A DNA stretch of 64,000 bases from Coniocarpon cinnabarinum (lineage: Eukaryota): NCBI GenBank assembly GCA_051942205.1, contig JAVECO010000034.1, forward strand, positions 1-64,000, given 5' to 3'. Numbering within the stretch: position 1 is the stretch's first letter; every line of letters starts with the position of its first letter. Positions 34,799 through 46,121 of the stretch are shown piece by piece. Under the pieces are notes generated by a model. It was given only the letters and a program-made list of their open reading frames with translations, had not been told where the DNA came from and did not search any database. The position numbers were made by a program, and so were the translations under genes.

Positions 34799-35656
34799 TT
34801 AGACTGGTGCTTTGGAGCAAGATCAAGGTCTTGAACAAGTTTTTCCGTAAGATGTTGATGGTAGATTGTGAAAAGAGGATTCGAGAGAGCAAAAGTACCT
34901 TGAAGAAAGGAGAGATTCGACTCATACGCACAGCGTAGATCATTCATATATTCGTTGCACTGATGGACACGTACTCATCGCAGATTTGCCCATATTCAAC
35001 TAGCTTCCACGAATGGCGATGATGACACTTCACCAGTTAGCACGACACGTACGTCACACTATCCCGAATAGCGTTTCAGCACCTCAGTCGCAAGGCCAGT
35101 TGCGCACCTTTTCAAGCTTCGATACGTGTTACCGTCCGACATTTACCGTGAAACATATCCTGGCTTCGTACTTTGTCGGCTTTCTTCATGGGTGAGAGGA
35201 GTCAGCCACTGCGAGGAGAGTTTGACAGCAGCCCTCCAGACAGGTGGTTGATGATTCATGTGGTACAGCCGCCTTGTAGCAATCAATATCCCTCATGGCG
35301 ACCTGTCAGTCTATCCCAAGCACAAAGACAGTTCGAAAACCTTGCCGTGAAGTTCCCATCGTACGTTTTTCGTCCCTAAGTCTCAACACCGTGACAATGC
35401 CAAAAAGATCGGTACAGATTCGCTTGCACTAACCGTCGGCGACAAGTACAAGCGCTCAACGCAGCACCGTGCGATCCTCCTAGGCTTAATTCGTATGGGC
35501 TCACGTGGTACCTTGCTTATGAGCTTTAGATGCTTATATTCTTCGGATCCTGATATCCATTGAATACGAACGCCTCGATGTTTGTCCTAATCAATATTAG
35601 GATGAATATGCATTCATCACAATCCACTGCAATTTCTGTTTCTCTTTATCGGGCAG

Positions 35657-36052
35657 CTAATCGTTCTTCCAGTCATCATGATGCATCCAGGCGTCCGTCA
35701 AGCCCCTAACCTCCTTTGTGCCCTGTCTCCGCGCTTTAGGCTTTGGCGTTTCCTGCGCTGCCGTTGAAGACTCCGCAACCGGTGGCTGTTCTTGGTGACC
35801 TGTGGCCGTACTCGATCCTCCCTCATCCCGCTTGTGCGACTCGGGTCCCAGTCCCATTGTCTTCATTATCTTTGCCCATTCACTTTCACGAGAGCACCGT
35901 TCGCACTGATACGTCTTGGGCTCTTTAAATTCCTTCTCCTCATAATGGTCCTCGCATTTGGATTTGGTACACATGATCTGGCCCTCGCTTCTGCGCTCAG
36001 TTTCGTTGCAATTGCATATGTGCCAACGGAAAAGAGGATGATAATGTTGCAT
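35657..36052 (-). CDS. Small Cys/His-rich protein (131 aa), paralogue B
   Basis: ATG at 36052. Same Cys spacing, GQ and GLxP motifs as the 34562-34798 ORF, plus a low-complexity tail. Same upstream motif at 36170-36182. Confidence 0.65.
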   Translation of the reverse strand: MQHYHPLFRWHICNCNETERRSEGQIMCTKSKCEDHYEEKEFKEPKTYQCERCSRESEWAKIMKTMGLGPESHKRDEGGSSTATGHQEQPPVAESSTAAQETPKPKARRQGTKEVRGLTDAWMHHDDWKND

Positions 36053-36921
36053 TTTCCTCACTGTACTGGGGAGAGTGAAAATTTTGATGGATGTTACTGA
36101 GGGAGGAAAAGAGGTCGAAAATAAAGCTCGCTATAGGTAAGAAATGTCATCTAGTTTATTGTGGTATGACATTCATATATTCCCTTCAGTGACTGACACG
36201 TAGCCATATCCTGAAAACCTAGCTCAGCAACAGCTTGCATCAGCTTATGCAAACACTATGAATACAGGGTGACAATTTGTTTCAGACGTGTCCATGTGTC
36301 GCTATCTCTAGGTAAGCTGAGCAGGGTTTGAGCTTAGGCCGAGTCAGTCGTGAAAGTAACGATGAACACAAGTAATCGGAAAATGTATCGCGATGTGGGA
36401 TCGAAACAGCTCACCCTTGTCGACATTGGTCACAGATAAGGCATAGTATCGGTCACGGAGGGCATACCTAGGCAAACCTGAGTCATACAAACTTATGCCA
36501 GTATGCTGTAGCAGCTTTTGGTCCGTGCCATTTTCTCTAAGAGGCATTCATTCGAGTAGTGTCAGTCTCCCGTAAGCTGACGTTGGGTCAGACAACATAT
36601 GGGGCCGTTCCATATTGGCAATTGCACGAGCTCATGACGGTGATGTCTCAAACCAAAGAACACGATTTCGATGTCTCACATTTACTTGACATGATTCCGA
36701 CCTGAGTCGAAAGGATTGCACCTCTATGTCGCGTAGCACTCGTGGCACTAGGGTCAATGCAACGCCAGCTCCGAGACTCGGATCCGAAGCATGCTGCTCT
36801 TACTTCTAAGATGAATACTCAATTTCCTAATGCAGATAATCTAGTCTCCAGCCAGCGTTCTGACGACGTCGACACCCAGGCGCGCTGGTCTTAAGAGACG
36901 AACTCCTCCAATCCGACCAGT

Positions 36922-38264
36922 ATGCCAATCGGCTTCATCTCTGAAGTGTTTGAAAATGGATTGCCCGACTCACCACGTCTCAACACCTCTCTCAAAATCC
37001 TCTCATGGATACTACTGCTGGTGTTGCTCAAACGCTATTTTGGCGGAGCGAGCACATCCGCGGAGAGAAACATGCACTCCAAGGTGATCATGATGACCGT
37101 ACGCACCGCGATGCATCTCGAGTCCTGCAGTTCATGAGCTGAAACGCCGCCCAGGGGGGCACCTCCGGCATTGGTGCCTCCATTGCCTATTCCCTCGCTA
37201 AACGCGGCGCCCAGCTCGTGCTGCTCACGCAATATCCTCTCTCTGATCCGTTCTTGGCTTCGTACATTGAAGATCTACGGGATTCGACCGGCAATGAGCT
37301 CATCACAGCGGAGCAAGTCGACCTGAATTCCTTGCACTCCATTCGCAAATTTGCAACAAAGTGGACGGACAACCTCCCCGTGAGAAGATTAGACGCCCTG
37401 GTGCTTTTAGCAAGCACGCAAAGTCCTAAAGGTGCGGATGTGACGATCAGTGAAGAGGGCGTAGAGACTATGTTTCAAGTCAACTACCTCGCGAACTTCC
37501 AGCTACTAGGACTCATCAGTCCTGCGTTGCGCGCACAGCCTGCAGATCGAGATGTGAGGGTCGTGATCGGAAACTGCTCGAGCTACATGAACGGCGAGAT
37601 GCCTCAGTCAGTCCCTGTGCCAATATTACCAAGTGCCCTCTCTACAAAATCCAAGAACAAGAAGACACGAACACCCTCCGGAATACCCAAAGCAGCAAAT
37701 CCCTCAAAAGCATACGGTTCTGCCAAGCTCGCTCTGCTCACCTTCTCGAATGCCTTTCAAAAACATCTTGCAGCGTATGAGCGCCCAGACAAGAATCCGG
37801 CCGTCGCGCGAGTGCTTTGCGTTGACCCGGGCTTCAGTCGGACGCCCGGCATGCAACGAGCTCTGACCAATGGATCGCTTTGGGGTCTGTTATTCTATCT
37901 GCTCACATGGCCAATGTGGTGGCTTGTCCTCAAGAGTGCGCCACAAGGCGCAGAAAGTTTCTTGTATGCCATCATGGAGGAGAAATTTGCAAAAGGGACG
38001 GGCTGGCATAATATAAAAGAGTGCAAAGAGGTCGGGGTGGGAGACAAGGAAGTCATTGTGAAAAGCGAGGAAGAACAGAAGCGCCTTTGGGAGATGAGTG
38101 ACAAAGCTGTGGAAGCACTTGAGAGACAGGCGGCGCAGAAGAGAGCTGTGCAGAAAAAAGAGGACGAGGAGAAGAGAAAGGATGATGAGCGACGCGCGCA
38201 GAAAGAGAGGGATGCGGAGAAGAAGGATGGCAGCCGACGAAGCAGAAAAGCCGATAAGACTTGA
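36922..38264 (+). CDS. Membrane-associated SDR oxidoreductase (YNL181W/Pbr1-like), 2 exons
   Basis: ERNMHSKVIMMT|GGTSGIG via intron 37099-37154. Also QVDLNSLHSIRKFATKW.DN..RRLD, VNYLANF, ALRAQP.DRDVR, YGSAK and VDPGFSRTPGM, followed by a TM-like Trp-rich segment. Confidence 0.88.
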
Positions 38265-39116
38265 GTGACTGGACGTCGTCTCCGCAAGGAACATTACAGA
38301 AAATATCAGCATTGTACAAACATTAGAACTCGATACGACGCTGCTTCCTCGGATCGGAGAAGCGCAGGCTCGCTTTATTTGTCTTCGAAGTTACTCGGCC
38401 TTCTCGAAGTACTCACAGTAGACTAAGCAACAAGTAAGTACGTTGTGGGAGCTATAATGTGCTCTTTCTAATCGTTGCTATCACTTAGCACTTTGCCCCT
38501 CCTCGACTATGTAAAAGTAAAGCCAAAGAAGCGGCATCTGCAGTTCCATCAAAAATTAGAGCTGCACCACTAGACCATGTCTGCTGTATAGCAGCTAGGC
38601 TACTCATCAGTAGATTTCGCTCGCGACCACTATAGCATTTCAATGTAGCATCCAGAGTCAATACCATGCTTGTATTAACGAGATGTAAGTCTTGCTATGC
38701 GTTAGCAACCCCTCCTCTCCGAAGATGCTAAACTCCCAGAAGTTTTAAATAGGCTTTGTAGTAAGAGAGCAGTGGCCAGAATTAAGCAACCTGTCCGATT
38801 GATCTCATCATAGATCTAAGCCAGTCCTTCTCTTGAACATAACGCTAGCCTCTAAACTGTACAAGATCATTTGTCCCACGTCGCTGTACCATCCCAACAT
38901 CTCACTCAACATGAGGCATTTCCTCGTAGACAGAACGATCATTAAAAGGGCGACGTAAACCTGTCAAAATAATTCCCATCTTTTTAACCTCAAGACTCGT
39001 CCCAAACATTATGTCTTCGCATCCGTCTAGTATGTACACCCCACCCCGCCACACCGTTCACGCCCAAACACAGCTCTTCGAGTTCCACATAAATACACGT
39101 CTTTAAATCCAATATC

Positions 39117-39545
39117 TCAATGTGGCGCTGGCATTGAAAAGGTATAACCCGCTTTCCCGGCCGCAGGAGGCGGAGCAGGAGCAGGAGCAGGAGGAGGATG
39201 TGGTGGACGAGCAGGAGGAGGATGCGGTAGAGGAGCCGGAGCAGGAGCAGGAGGAGGATGTGGTGGAGGAGCCGGAGCTGGTGCGGGTGGCGGTGGTGGA
39301 CGTGGCGGCGGTGGTGCGGGTGCAGGTGCTGGTGGAGGAGCCGGGGGAGCCGGAGGATGCGTCAATTCGTAATAATCGTCTAGTGCAGCGTTCAGAACGT
39401 CAAGGGCGTTGAACGCTGCTGGATTGGCATCGGCATACGCCTCAGGATTAGGTCCGCGCTTTATGAAATTCGATTGAGATTCTGTGTGAGCCGTTGAAGT
39501 CAGGAGCGTCACGAAAAAGAGGAGAGCTAGTGGGAATCTGTGCAT
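39117..39545 (-). CDS. Small secreted Pro/Ala-rich protein
   Basis: Signal peptide MHRFPLALLFFVTLLTSTA, a KR site, then PAPAPPPHPPP repeats. Repeat DNA spans about 39160-39360. Confidence 0.7.
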   Translation of the reverse strand: MHRFPLALLFFVTLLTSTAHTESQSNFIKRGPNPEAYADANPAAFNALDVLNAALDDYYELTHPPAPPAPPPAPAPAPPPPRPPPPPAPAPAPPPHPPPAPAPAPLPHPPPARPPHPPPAPAPAPPPAAGKAGYTFSMPAPH

Positions 39546-40710
39546 GTTCTCGTTCGTAGAATTAAAAATAAATATGGGGCTTGTTCTGGACGTTTCAAGG
39601 ATGTTGCGTACGAGCGATTAGGCGAGATAGGCGAGAAATGTGGATAGGAAGTGTTCTTCCTCAGACAAAGAAAGGAAGAAGACAAAAAAGACAATGTGGT
39701 GCGTATGTACATGTTGAAAATGCGGCTTCTTTGTCATGCCTATAGATGCTGTTACATCACAATGTTGTTGTTGTACAAGGAGATACCTGTCGTGCGCGAC
39801 GGTGCAGTGATAACGCAGGGAAGACACTCAGTTCAACGATCTCGATGAAATCCTTTGAAGCTGGTGTTGTCGGGCAAGGGCCAAGTCTTCAACGCAGAAA
39901 GGGGCTGAGTAGTAGAGCCTTGGTGATAAGCGAAGCAGCCTAGGACTGTCGCTAACCTAAGAAAACGAGAGTGGCTTCTTGTCGTAGTTGTCTCACAGGG
40001 GCTGTGGACATCCTTGTTGGTAGTGATTGCCTGATATTTTTAAGAATGCCGTGCGCGCAATTTGCACGCAGTTGATGCTTGTAACATTTCCGTCCATATT
40101 CTCTATTGCTGAACTTCGGGTCTAGCAACTCCAAACTTAGCTTTGGCTGACACCATAGTGCATGTCGTTGAATTGTGAAACAAGGGACAAGGCGATGCCA
40201 GTGTCGAGCCTCAAACATGTAAGTGTAGTGCTCCTTGGCTTAGCTATTCAAGAAAGCGAAAAGGCGAAGGGCACGCTGACAATAATAGTCAAGCGCGCAT
40301 GTAGTTGGAAGCAGATTTCATCAATATGATCCTGCCAACTCCAACGAGCCGTGACCTTCTGTCTTGCCGGGCTCGCAGATTTCTCGCAGTGGTCCTGAGC
40401 GGGTTTTGCAAGGGACGATTCGCTTGTCAAAGGTGGCGGCACTTATCACTTTCGGTGGTGCCGGTAGGCCTGCGCTTATCTGAAGCCAGGCACGTCAAGG
40501 CTACCGAAGCAGTGGAATTTCAACACTTCGATATATGCCACGGCTGACTCTGGAAAATTCGTAGACTTGGAGCAAACAATGCTCGTTGTGTCAAACTCAC
40601 GTGACATCTTTGAGCCTGCTCCGATGTGGCTGATGAAGGCACGAGTGTGTGTTACCCCCGTCGTTCAATCCAATTTGAGGCGTTCCGCTCTTACATCCGA
40701 AGTGTAAGCC

Positions 40711-43212
40711 TCACTCGTCGATGTCGAGTTCATCTGGATTAGCATTGGTTGGCTGAGCTTTCTTCTGTGGAATATTGCCTCCCTGTGGCCCGGTGCTGGC
40801 AGCCACAAATCCTACTGGGGCCCGAGCGTCGCGCTCAATTTGCTCCATTGCATCTCCAGTATCTTCACCATTGACGTGAGGGCCACTGTTTGCTTGGACG
40901 TCGCGTGATTTTGCAATTGCCTGGGAAGCAATGAAGCCAACATCTGTATTGTATTGTGCCTGCACGCCACGCTTGATTCTCAGCATCTCTTTGTAAGTGT
41001 CCTCGTTTCCATGTTGGATCTCGAAAGCGTCGTATTTCTGCCAGAAACCAGGGTCGACACGCGGGTCTGCAAACTGCGAAGCATGCTGATATATAGCCCG
41101 TGCTCGATCGATCTCACCAAGTCGTTTCTCCATCTCAGCAAACTTGAGGCACATCTCTTTGGAGTCTTTGTCTGGCAAAGATTCGATAGCACGCTCATAT
41201 ATTGGGCGCGTAGAGGTAAGCCCGAAATTCGAAGCCGACTTGGTAATGTAAAAGTTGAAGACTTCTGCGCGATCCTCGTCGGATACCGCTCGCGTTGCTC
41301 GCTCGTAAATTCGCATTGCATGGCGCGCTAGCCCGCGTTCTTCCTCCAGAGCTCCATACATCAGATAGAGGCTTTTAGCAAACTTGTCAGGGCAGCCTTC
41401 GAGAGCTTGCTCAAAGAGATCGCGTAGTCGCTCGATCGAAATTTCCCGCTCCACTGCCCTGGTCAAGTACATATTCCACAGTTCGAACGCAACAGGATAG
41501 CTGAAGAGATCGAGGCCACGCTCGAAGACTTTGTATGAATCCTCAAAATACTTATTCTCTTCAAGGAGATTAGCGTAGTTGACAACGGTCTGTGGGGTGG
41601 CAATGCGAAGTTCGAAGATGCGCTCGTAAATGGCACGCGTCTCCTCGAGCGACCCGACGCTCTCTACGAGGTCCACATAGAAGCTCCATAACTTCCAGCT
41701 TTTGTGGACACGTTGTTGTGGGCTAAGAGTCTCATCGAAGTAGTCTACTCTTGACCTCTTGGGTGCCAGGGTGGCTTTGGCCATTACTTGAACAGCATGG
41801 TCAAAGTTCTCGTTTCGCAGCTCCATCTCTGCCCACTCACACCACATCTCTGCGAGTTCAGCAACAGACTTGAAAGGAACATTGGCAGCTTTGTCCATGA
41901 TAATCCTTGCTGTGTCAATGTCGCCACCTTCTTCAAAGAGCTTCGCATAATTTGTCCAAAGCTCGTAGAACTTCCCGGCAGCCTTCTTCGGCTGGATTGT
42001 GGCGATTGCTTTTGTATACGTGTTAACAGCCTCTTGCTTGTTATCGCCCCACAAAGAGACTCGCTTTTCCCACTCTATGATGTTGTTTGGATTCTGTCGC
42101 AATAGCACATCGTTCAAGAGAAATGGCCGTCGGTTCATAAGCTGTTCCAGGCGGTCCATCCTAATTTCAAGGTCAAAGTCGGCTTTCTCATCCACGCGGC
42201 CCTTCTCTGCCCTTGTTTGCGCGCGTTCCATCAGAATGCCTAGCACGGCCTCCTCTGCCTCTGAGTAGGTATCAAATATGACCGTAAAATCGCGTACAGT
42301 CCCCACCGTCGTGATACCCTCCTCAAAGATATCCCGAGCTTTTTCGTGATTACCAAGGTTAATCCAGTATCGCGCAAGCCCCACCCATAGGATTCCTTGC
42401 TGATCCTTGAACCGTGCAATGCCGCTGCGTATGATTCTTTCCACGTCGATCCCAGTCTCATCTCCAGTCTTGATGTCCCTTGCACGGTCGATGAGAAGCT
42501 CTATCATGTCCGTCCAGAACTCGAATGGGCCTTTCGCCTCCTTACTCTTGAACCGAGGATTATTGAGAATCTTGATGTACTCTTGCACCGCCTGTGTATA
42601 CTGACGCATCTCGATCAGTAGCTCAATGTACTCTTCCGCATCTTCAGGGTGCACCTGCATGTAGCGTTGCCAGATCTTGACGGCAGTCTCGCCAGATGCT
42701 GAGGCTGCGAATGGTCGATATAAGGCCCATATTTTGTTGTGCTGCGTGATGGGAAGTGAGCGCAGCGCACGATCAAAGGCACGTCGAGTTGTGGTTAGTA
42801 AAGGCTGCTTCATGAGGAAAGACAGATACATCTCCCAAATGCGCGGCATCTTATGCAGCAAAACCAGTGCACGCTCGAATAATGCGTTGACCTTGGAGTA
42901 TTGAGAAGTATGCTTGGCTGCATTCTTTCCCTTGAGATGCTTCACTCGGAAATCCAGGTACATTTTCCACAGCTTGTAAGATCGTGGACAAGCTGTGCAG
43001 GCACGCTCGTAGACGAAAGCTTGCTCCAACAGGCTGCCATGCCGACGTTTGTAACTGATATATTCGAGCCACGGCTTGGTGACTCTAGAATTGCGAATGA
43101 CATCCTGCTCATACACGAGATCGTTGTCGGAAATGAGGTAGAAGTCCCTTTCGGCGTGCTTCGAGGCCAGCGTCACGTCCATGTTACCGTTGGGCAGCAC
43201 CACGCCAGGCAT
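40711..43212 (-). CDS. SYF1: Pre-mRNA splicing factor Syf1 (NTC, HAT/TPR repeats)
   Basis: 833-aa intronless ORF: RSYKLWKMYL, KMPRIWEMYL, LNDVLLRQNPNN, KSWKLWSFYVDL and HGNEDTYKEMLRIKR.VQAQY. Confidence 0.97.
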   Translation of the reverse strand: MPGVVLPNGNMDVTLASKHAERDFYLISDNDLVYEQDVIRNSRVTKPWLEYISYKRRHGSLLEQAFVYERACTACPRSYKLWKMYLDFRVKHLKGKNAAKHTSQYSKVNALFERALVLLHKMPRIWEMYLSFLMKQPLLTTTRRAFDRALRSLPITQHNKIWALYRPFAASASGETAVKIWQRYMQVHPEDAEEYIELLIEMRQYTQAVQEYIKILNNPRFKSKEAKGPFEFWTDMIELLIDRARDIKTGDETGIDVERIIRSGIARFKDQQGILWVGLARYWINLGNHEKARDIFEEGITTVGTVRDFTVIFDTYSEAEEAVLGILMERAQTRAEKGRVDEKADFDLEIRMDRLEQLMNRRPFLLNDVLLRQNPNNIIEWEKRVSLWGDNKQEAVNTYTKAIATIQPKKAAGKFYELWTNYAKLFEEGGDIDTARIIMDKAANVPFKSVAELAEMWCEWAEMELRNENFDHAVQVMAKATLAPKRSRVDYFDETLSPQQRVHKSWKLWSFYVDLVESVGSLEETRAIYERIFELRIATPQTVVNYANLLEENKYFEDSYKVFERGLDLFSYPVAFELWNMYLTRAVEREISIERLRDLFEQALEGCPDKFAKSLYLMYGALEEERGLARHAMRIYERATRAVSDEDRAEVFNFYITKSASNFGLTSTRPIYERAIESLPDKDSKEMCLKFAEMEKRLGEIDRARAIYQHASQFADPRVDPGFWQKYDAFEIQHGNEDTYKEMLRIKRGVQAQYNTDVGFIASQAIAKSRDVQANSGPHVNGEDTGDAMEQIERDARAPVGFVAASTGPQGGNIPQKKAQPTNANPDELDIDE

Positions 43213-43586
43213 AGCAGCGGCACAGACGACAGCCTAGAGAGCAAGAAGGACGCGACAAGAGAGTGGGGCTCTCTGAGCGGACTACAGAGAAATTGTGGAT
43301 GTTTCAAACATCAAGGTGAAACCCTCGGGATCGCACGTGCACTCAAGCAGCTGTCATCTCGGAACAAGTTCCGCCCCAGCTCCCGGCAGGGTGTCGATGG
43401 TGGGTCTATTGCGGCATCTTCCTTCCAGACCGCGCTGTCACGTTACCACACTTCAATCCAGGCCAGCAGATGTTGAAGTCACATCTAGAACAATGACTGT
43501 CTTCTGAAATACTTTCGAATGCAACTAAGCTACACGGTAAAACATCCAAGCGAATTGGCGTTGCGCTGAGTGTGTAGATCGTCAGA

Positions 43587-44431
43587 ATGTCGCAAGGCGC
43601 TGTAAGCAGTGTACTTCCCGCTTCAGCCCAACAAGACTGCTAACTAGTTGATACAAGGGCAAAGAGGCGGTGTTCCCGACGCGTCAGTCGTTGGGGGCGA
43701 TGAAAAGCAAATTGAAGGGTGCACAAGTCGGCCACGACCTGCTCAAACGCAAATCCGAAGCTCTGACGAAGCGATTCCGTGAGATCTTGAAGCGGATCGA
43801 CGAGGCGAAACGTAAGATGGGAAAGGTCATGCAAATCGCTGCCTTCTCGCTCGCCGAAGTCTCATACGCGGTCAACGGCTCGATCGGCTATCAGATCACA
43901 GAGTCCGTCAAACAGGCCAAGTTCAAGGTCCGAACGCGACAAGAGAACGTATCTGGTGTCTTCTTGCCGGCATTTGAGAGCTTCCAAGAAGAGGACGTGA
44001 AGGACGATTTCAAGTTGACTGGCCTGGGCAAAGGTGGTCAGCAGGTGCAAAAGTGTAAAGAGACCTTCACGCGAGCTGTAGAGACGCTGGTGGAGCTGGC
44101 AAGTTTACAGACAGCCTTTGTCATTTTGGACGAAGTCATCAAGACCGTCAACCGGAGAGTGAATGCCATTGAGCACGTCATTATTCCACGGACCGAAAAT
44201 ACGATCGCTTATATCAATTCCGAACTCGACGAGGTTGACAGAGAAGAGTTTTTCAGGCTAAAGAAAGTCAAGGGTTTGAAAGAGGCTGCTCAGCGCGAGG
44301 AAGACAAGAAGATCCAAGCGTCGCGAGCGAGAGAGAATGGTGAGAGTAATAAAGAGAATCAGGACAATCAGGAGCGAGATGGGCCACGAGATCTTCTCGG
44401 AGAAGAAGAGGACCAAGATGTCATCTTTTAA
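43587..44431 (+). CDS. VMA8: V-type ATPase V1 subunit D, 2 exons
   Basis: MSQGA|GKEAVFPTRQ via intron 43602-43657. GHDLLKRKSEAL and NRRVNAIEHVIIPRTENT..YINSELDE.DREEFFRLKKVK. Confidence 0.97.
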
Positions 44432-44568
44432 TCTTGCATACTGCTATTTTGACGCATTGCACCGGCGCGAGGCGTCAGGGATTCATTCCATCGTGCAGCA
44501 GAAGCTGTTCAGGTCTTGCAATGAATTTTGATAAGGATTGGGAGCGACTTGCTTTATTTCGCAATTCA

Positions 44569-45318
44569 TCACTGCCTTTGAAAGAACACGCTAATTGTGT
44601 TTCCAGCCAGTGACATGCCGCCGGTTGCCTTCTTGGCTTGAATGGCACCCTCTTCGTTCTGATACTCAACAAACGCAATACCTTGACGGCCAGGAACGAC
44701 ACGCACTTCCCTGAAGCCTGGAAAGCGCTGAAACACCGCTGAAAGCTCTTCGTCGGCATCGTAGTCGGGTGGCAGATTCTTGATGTAGAGAATCTTGTTC
44801 GGTGGCAGATACTCCTCTGGCACGACCCCAGCTTTGGCATTTGCCGTGCTCTTGAGACCTTTCCTCGTGGGAGGTTGTGTACCATCGGGTTGGTCTGAGG
44901 GCGCTGGGCGCTTGAGCTTCTCCTCCTGCGCCTCTCGTGCTTTCTTGCGTTCTTTCTCCGCCAACCTTGTCTTCTTGTGCTCCTCAAGCTCCGCATCATT
45001 CCCTTCTCGCGCTACCGTTGCGTCGCTGCGCGTCTTTGAGAAAGTGCAAGACAAGGGCTTCTTGAAGACTTCGAATCCATCAATATCTTCTATTGATTTT
45101 GCGGCGGATTGTGGATTGTCAAAAACGATGAACGCTTGGCCTCTTGCTTTTTGGTTTGGTTTGACAACGATTTCTACAATCTTCCCGTACTCTTCAAATA
45201 ATGTTCTCAACGCGTCCTCCACTTCAGTCAACTTGACACGATCGTGAATGTTGCGAATATAGACCGTGTTCCCCGGAGCAACGTTGCTCGTGGGCTTCTG
45301 TGCTGTCATTGCCGCCAT
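44569..45318 (-). CDS. U1A/U2B''-family snRNP protein with two RRMs
   Basis: TVYIRN...KARGQAFIVF, KTRSDA, PEEYLPPNKILY.KNLP and FREVRVVPGRQGIAFVEY. Confidence 0.93.
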   Translation of the reverse strand: MAAMTAQKPTSNVAPGNTVYIRNIHDRVKLTEVEDALRTLFEEYGKIVEIVVKPNQKARGQAFIVFDNPQSAAKSIEDIDGFEVFKKPLSCTFSKTRSDATVAREGNDAELEEHKKTRLAEKERKKAREAQEEKLKRPAPSDQPDGTQPPTRKGLKSTANAKAGVVPEEYLPPNKILYIKNLPPDYDADEELSAVFQRFPGFREVRVVPGRQGIAFVEYQNEEGAIQAKKATGGMSLAGNTISVFFQRQ

Positions 45319-46121
45319 GACAGCGTCCCAAGGCCTTGGTTAAGTCTTGCTTCGTCCTCAGGAGCAAAATGGTTGTGTTCCTTTTTTAAATCGATATAGA
45401 GCCCTTGTGTATTGCACAACAAGTTTTACTGTATGGCAAACAGCCGTAACAGATGCGCACCGTGGTATAGCACCAAGAAGAGGGGATCAGGAATTTAGGA
45501 AGGAAGATGTTGCTGAAGGACTCTGCGAGCACAGTGGAGGAATGCCGTCGTTTCGTAACGCATGCAGAGACAAATAGCGATGGGCGCGACGAGCTTTTGG
45601 GTTTTACGCGGGTGGTCTTGTTACTGAGTGTACTGAAGTCGAATCACATTGAGTTTGACGATGAGCTTTATGGGGCGGCAATTGAGCCTGTATTGCGAGC
45701 ATGACTCGTGTCTTAATGCTTAACTTCAAGATTATCTGCATACTTCACATACGAGACTTTGGGCATGAGGCAGCTTATCTGTAATACTCCGACTCCAAAA
45801 GCGTTTCAACTGATGCAATGACAGCAAGAGATCCTGCACTTTTCCCTTATCATCTATTGTATCCTTCAGACACGTCTATCAAAGCGCCTAATCACTTGTC
45901 GAGCCTACAGGGAGAGAGACTGGCATGGACAGACGTCTATCAGGACACTCGATCTGAATATCTCGAGCTGGAAGTACCATTGACCGCTTACTGAAGCTCT
46001 AATGGAACGCGGAATAATCTCGAATCTATGACGAAACGAGTCGCATCTTCTCTGAAGCGATTTGTCCATAGAGAACATTGGCCATATATTTGTGTCGATC
46101 ATCTTGTTGACTCTCGTTAAG

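Noticed and set aside
39122..39412. Glu/Gln-rich plus-strand ORF
   Set aside because: It is the antisense reading of the Pro/Ala repeat. The minus-strand ORF has an ATG and a signal peptide.
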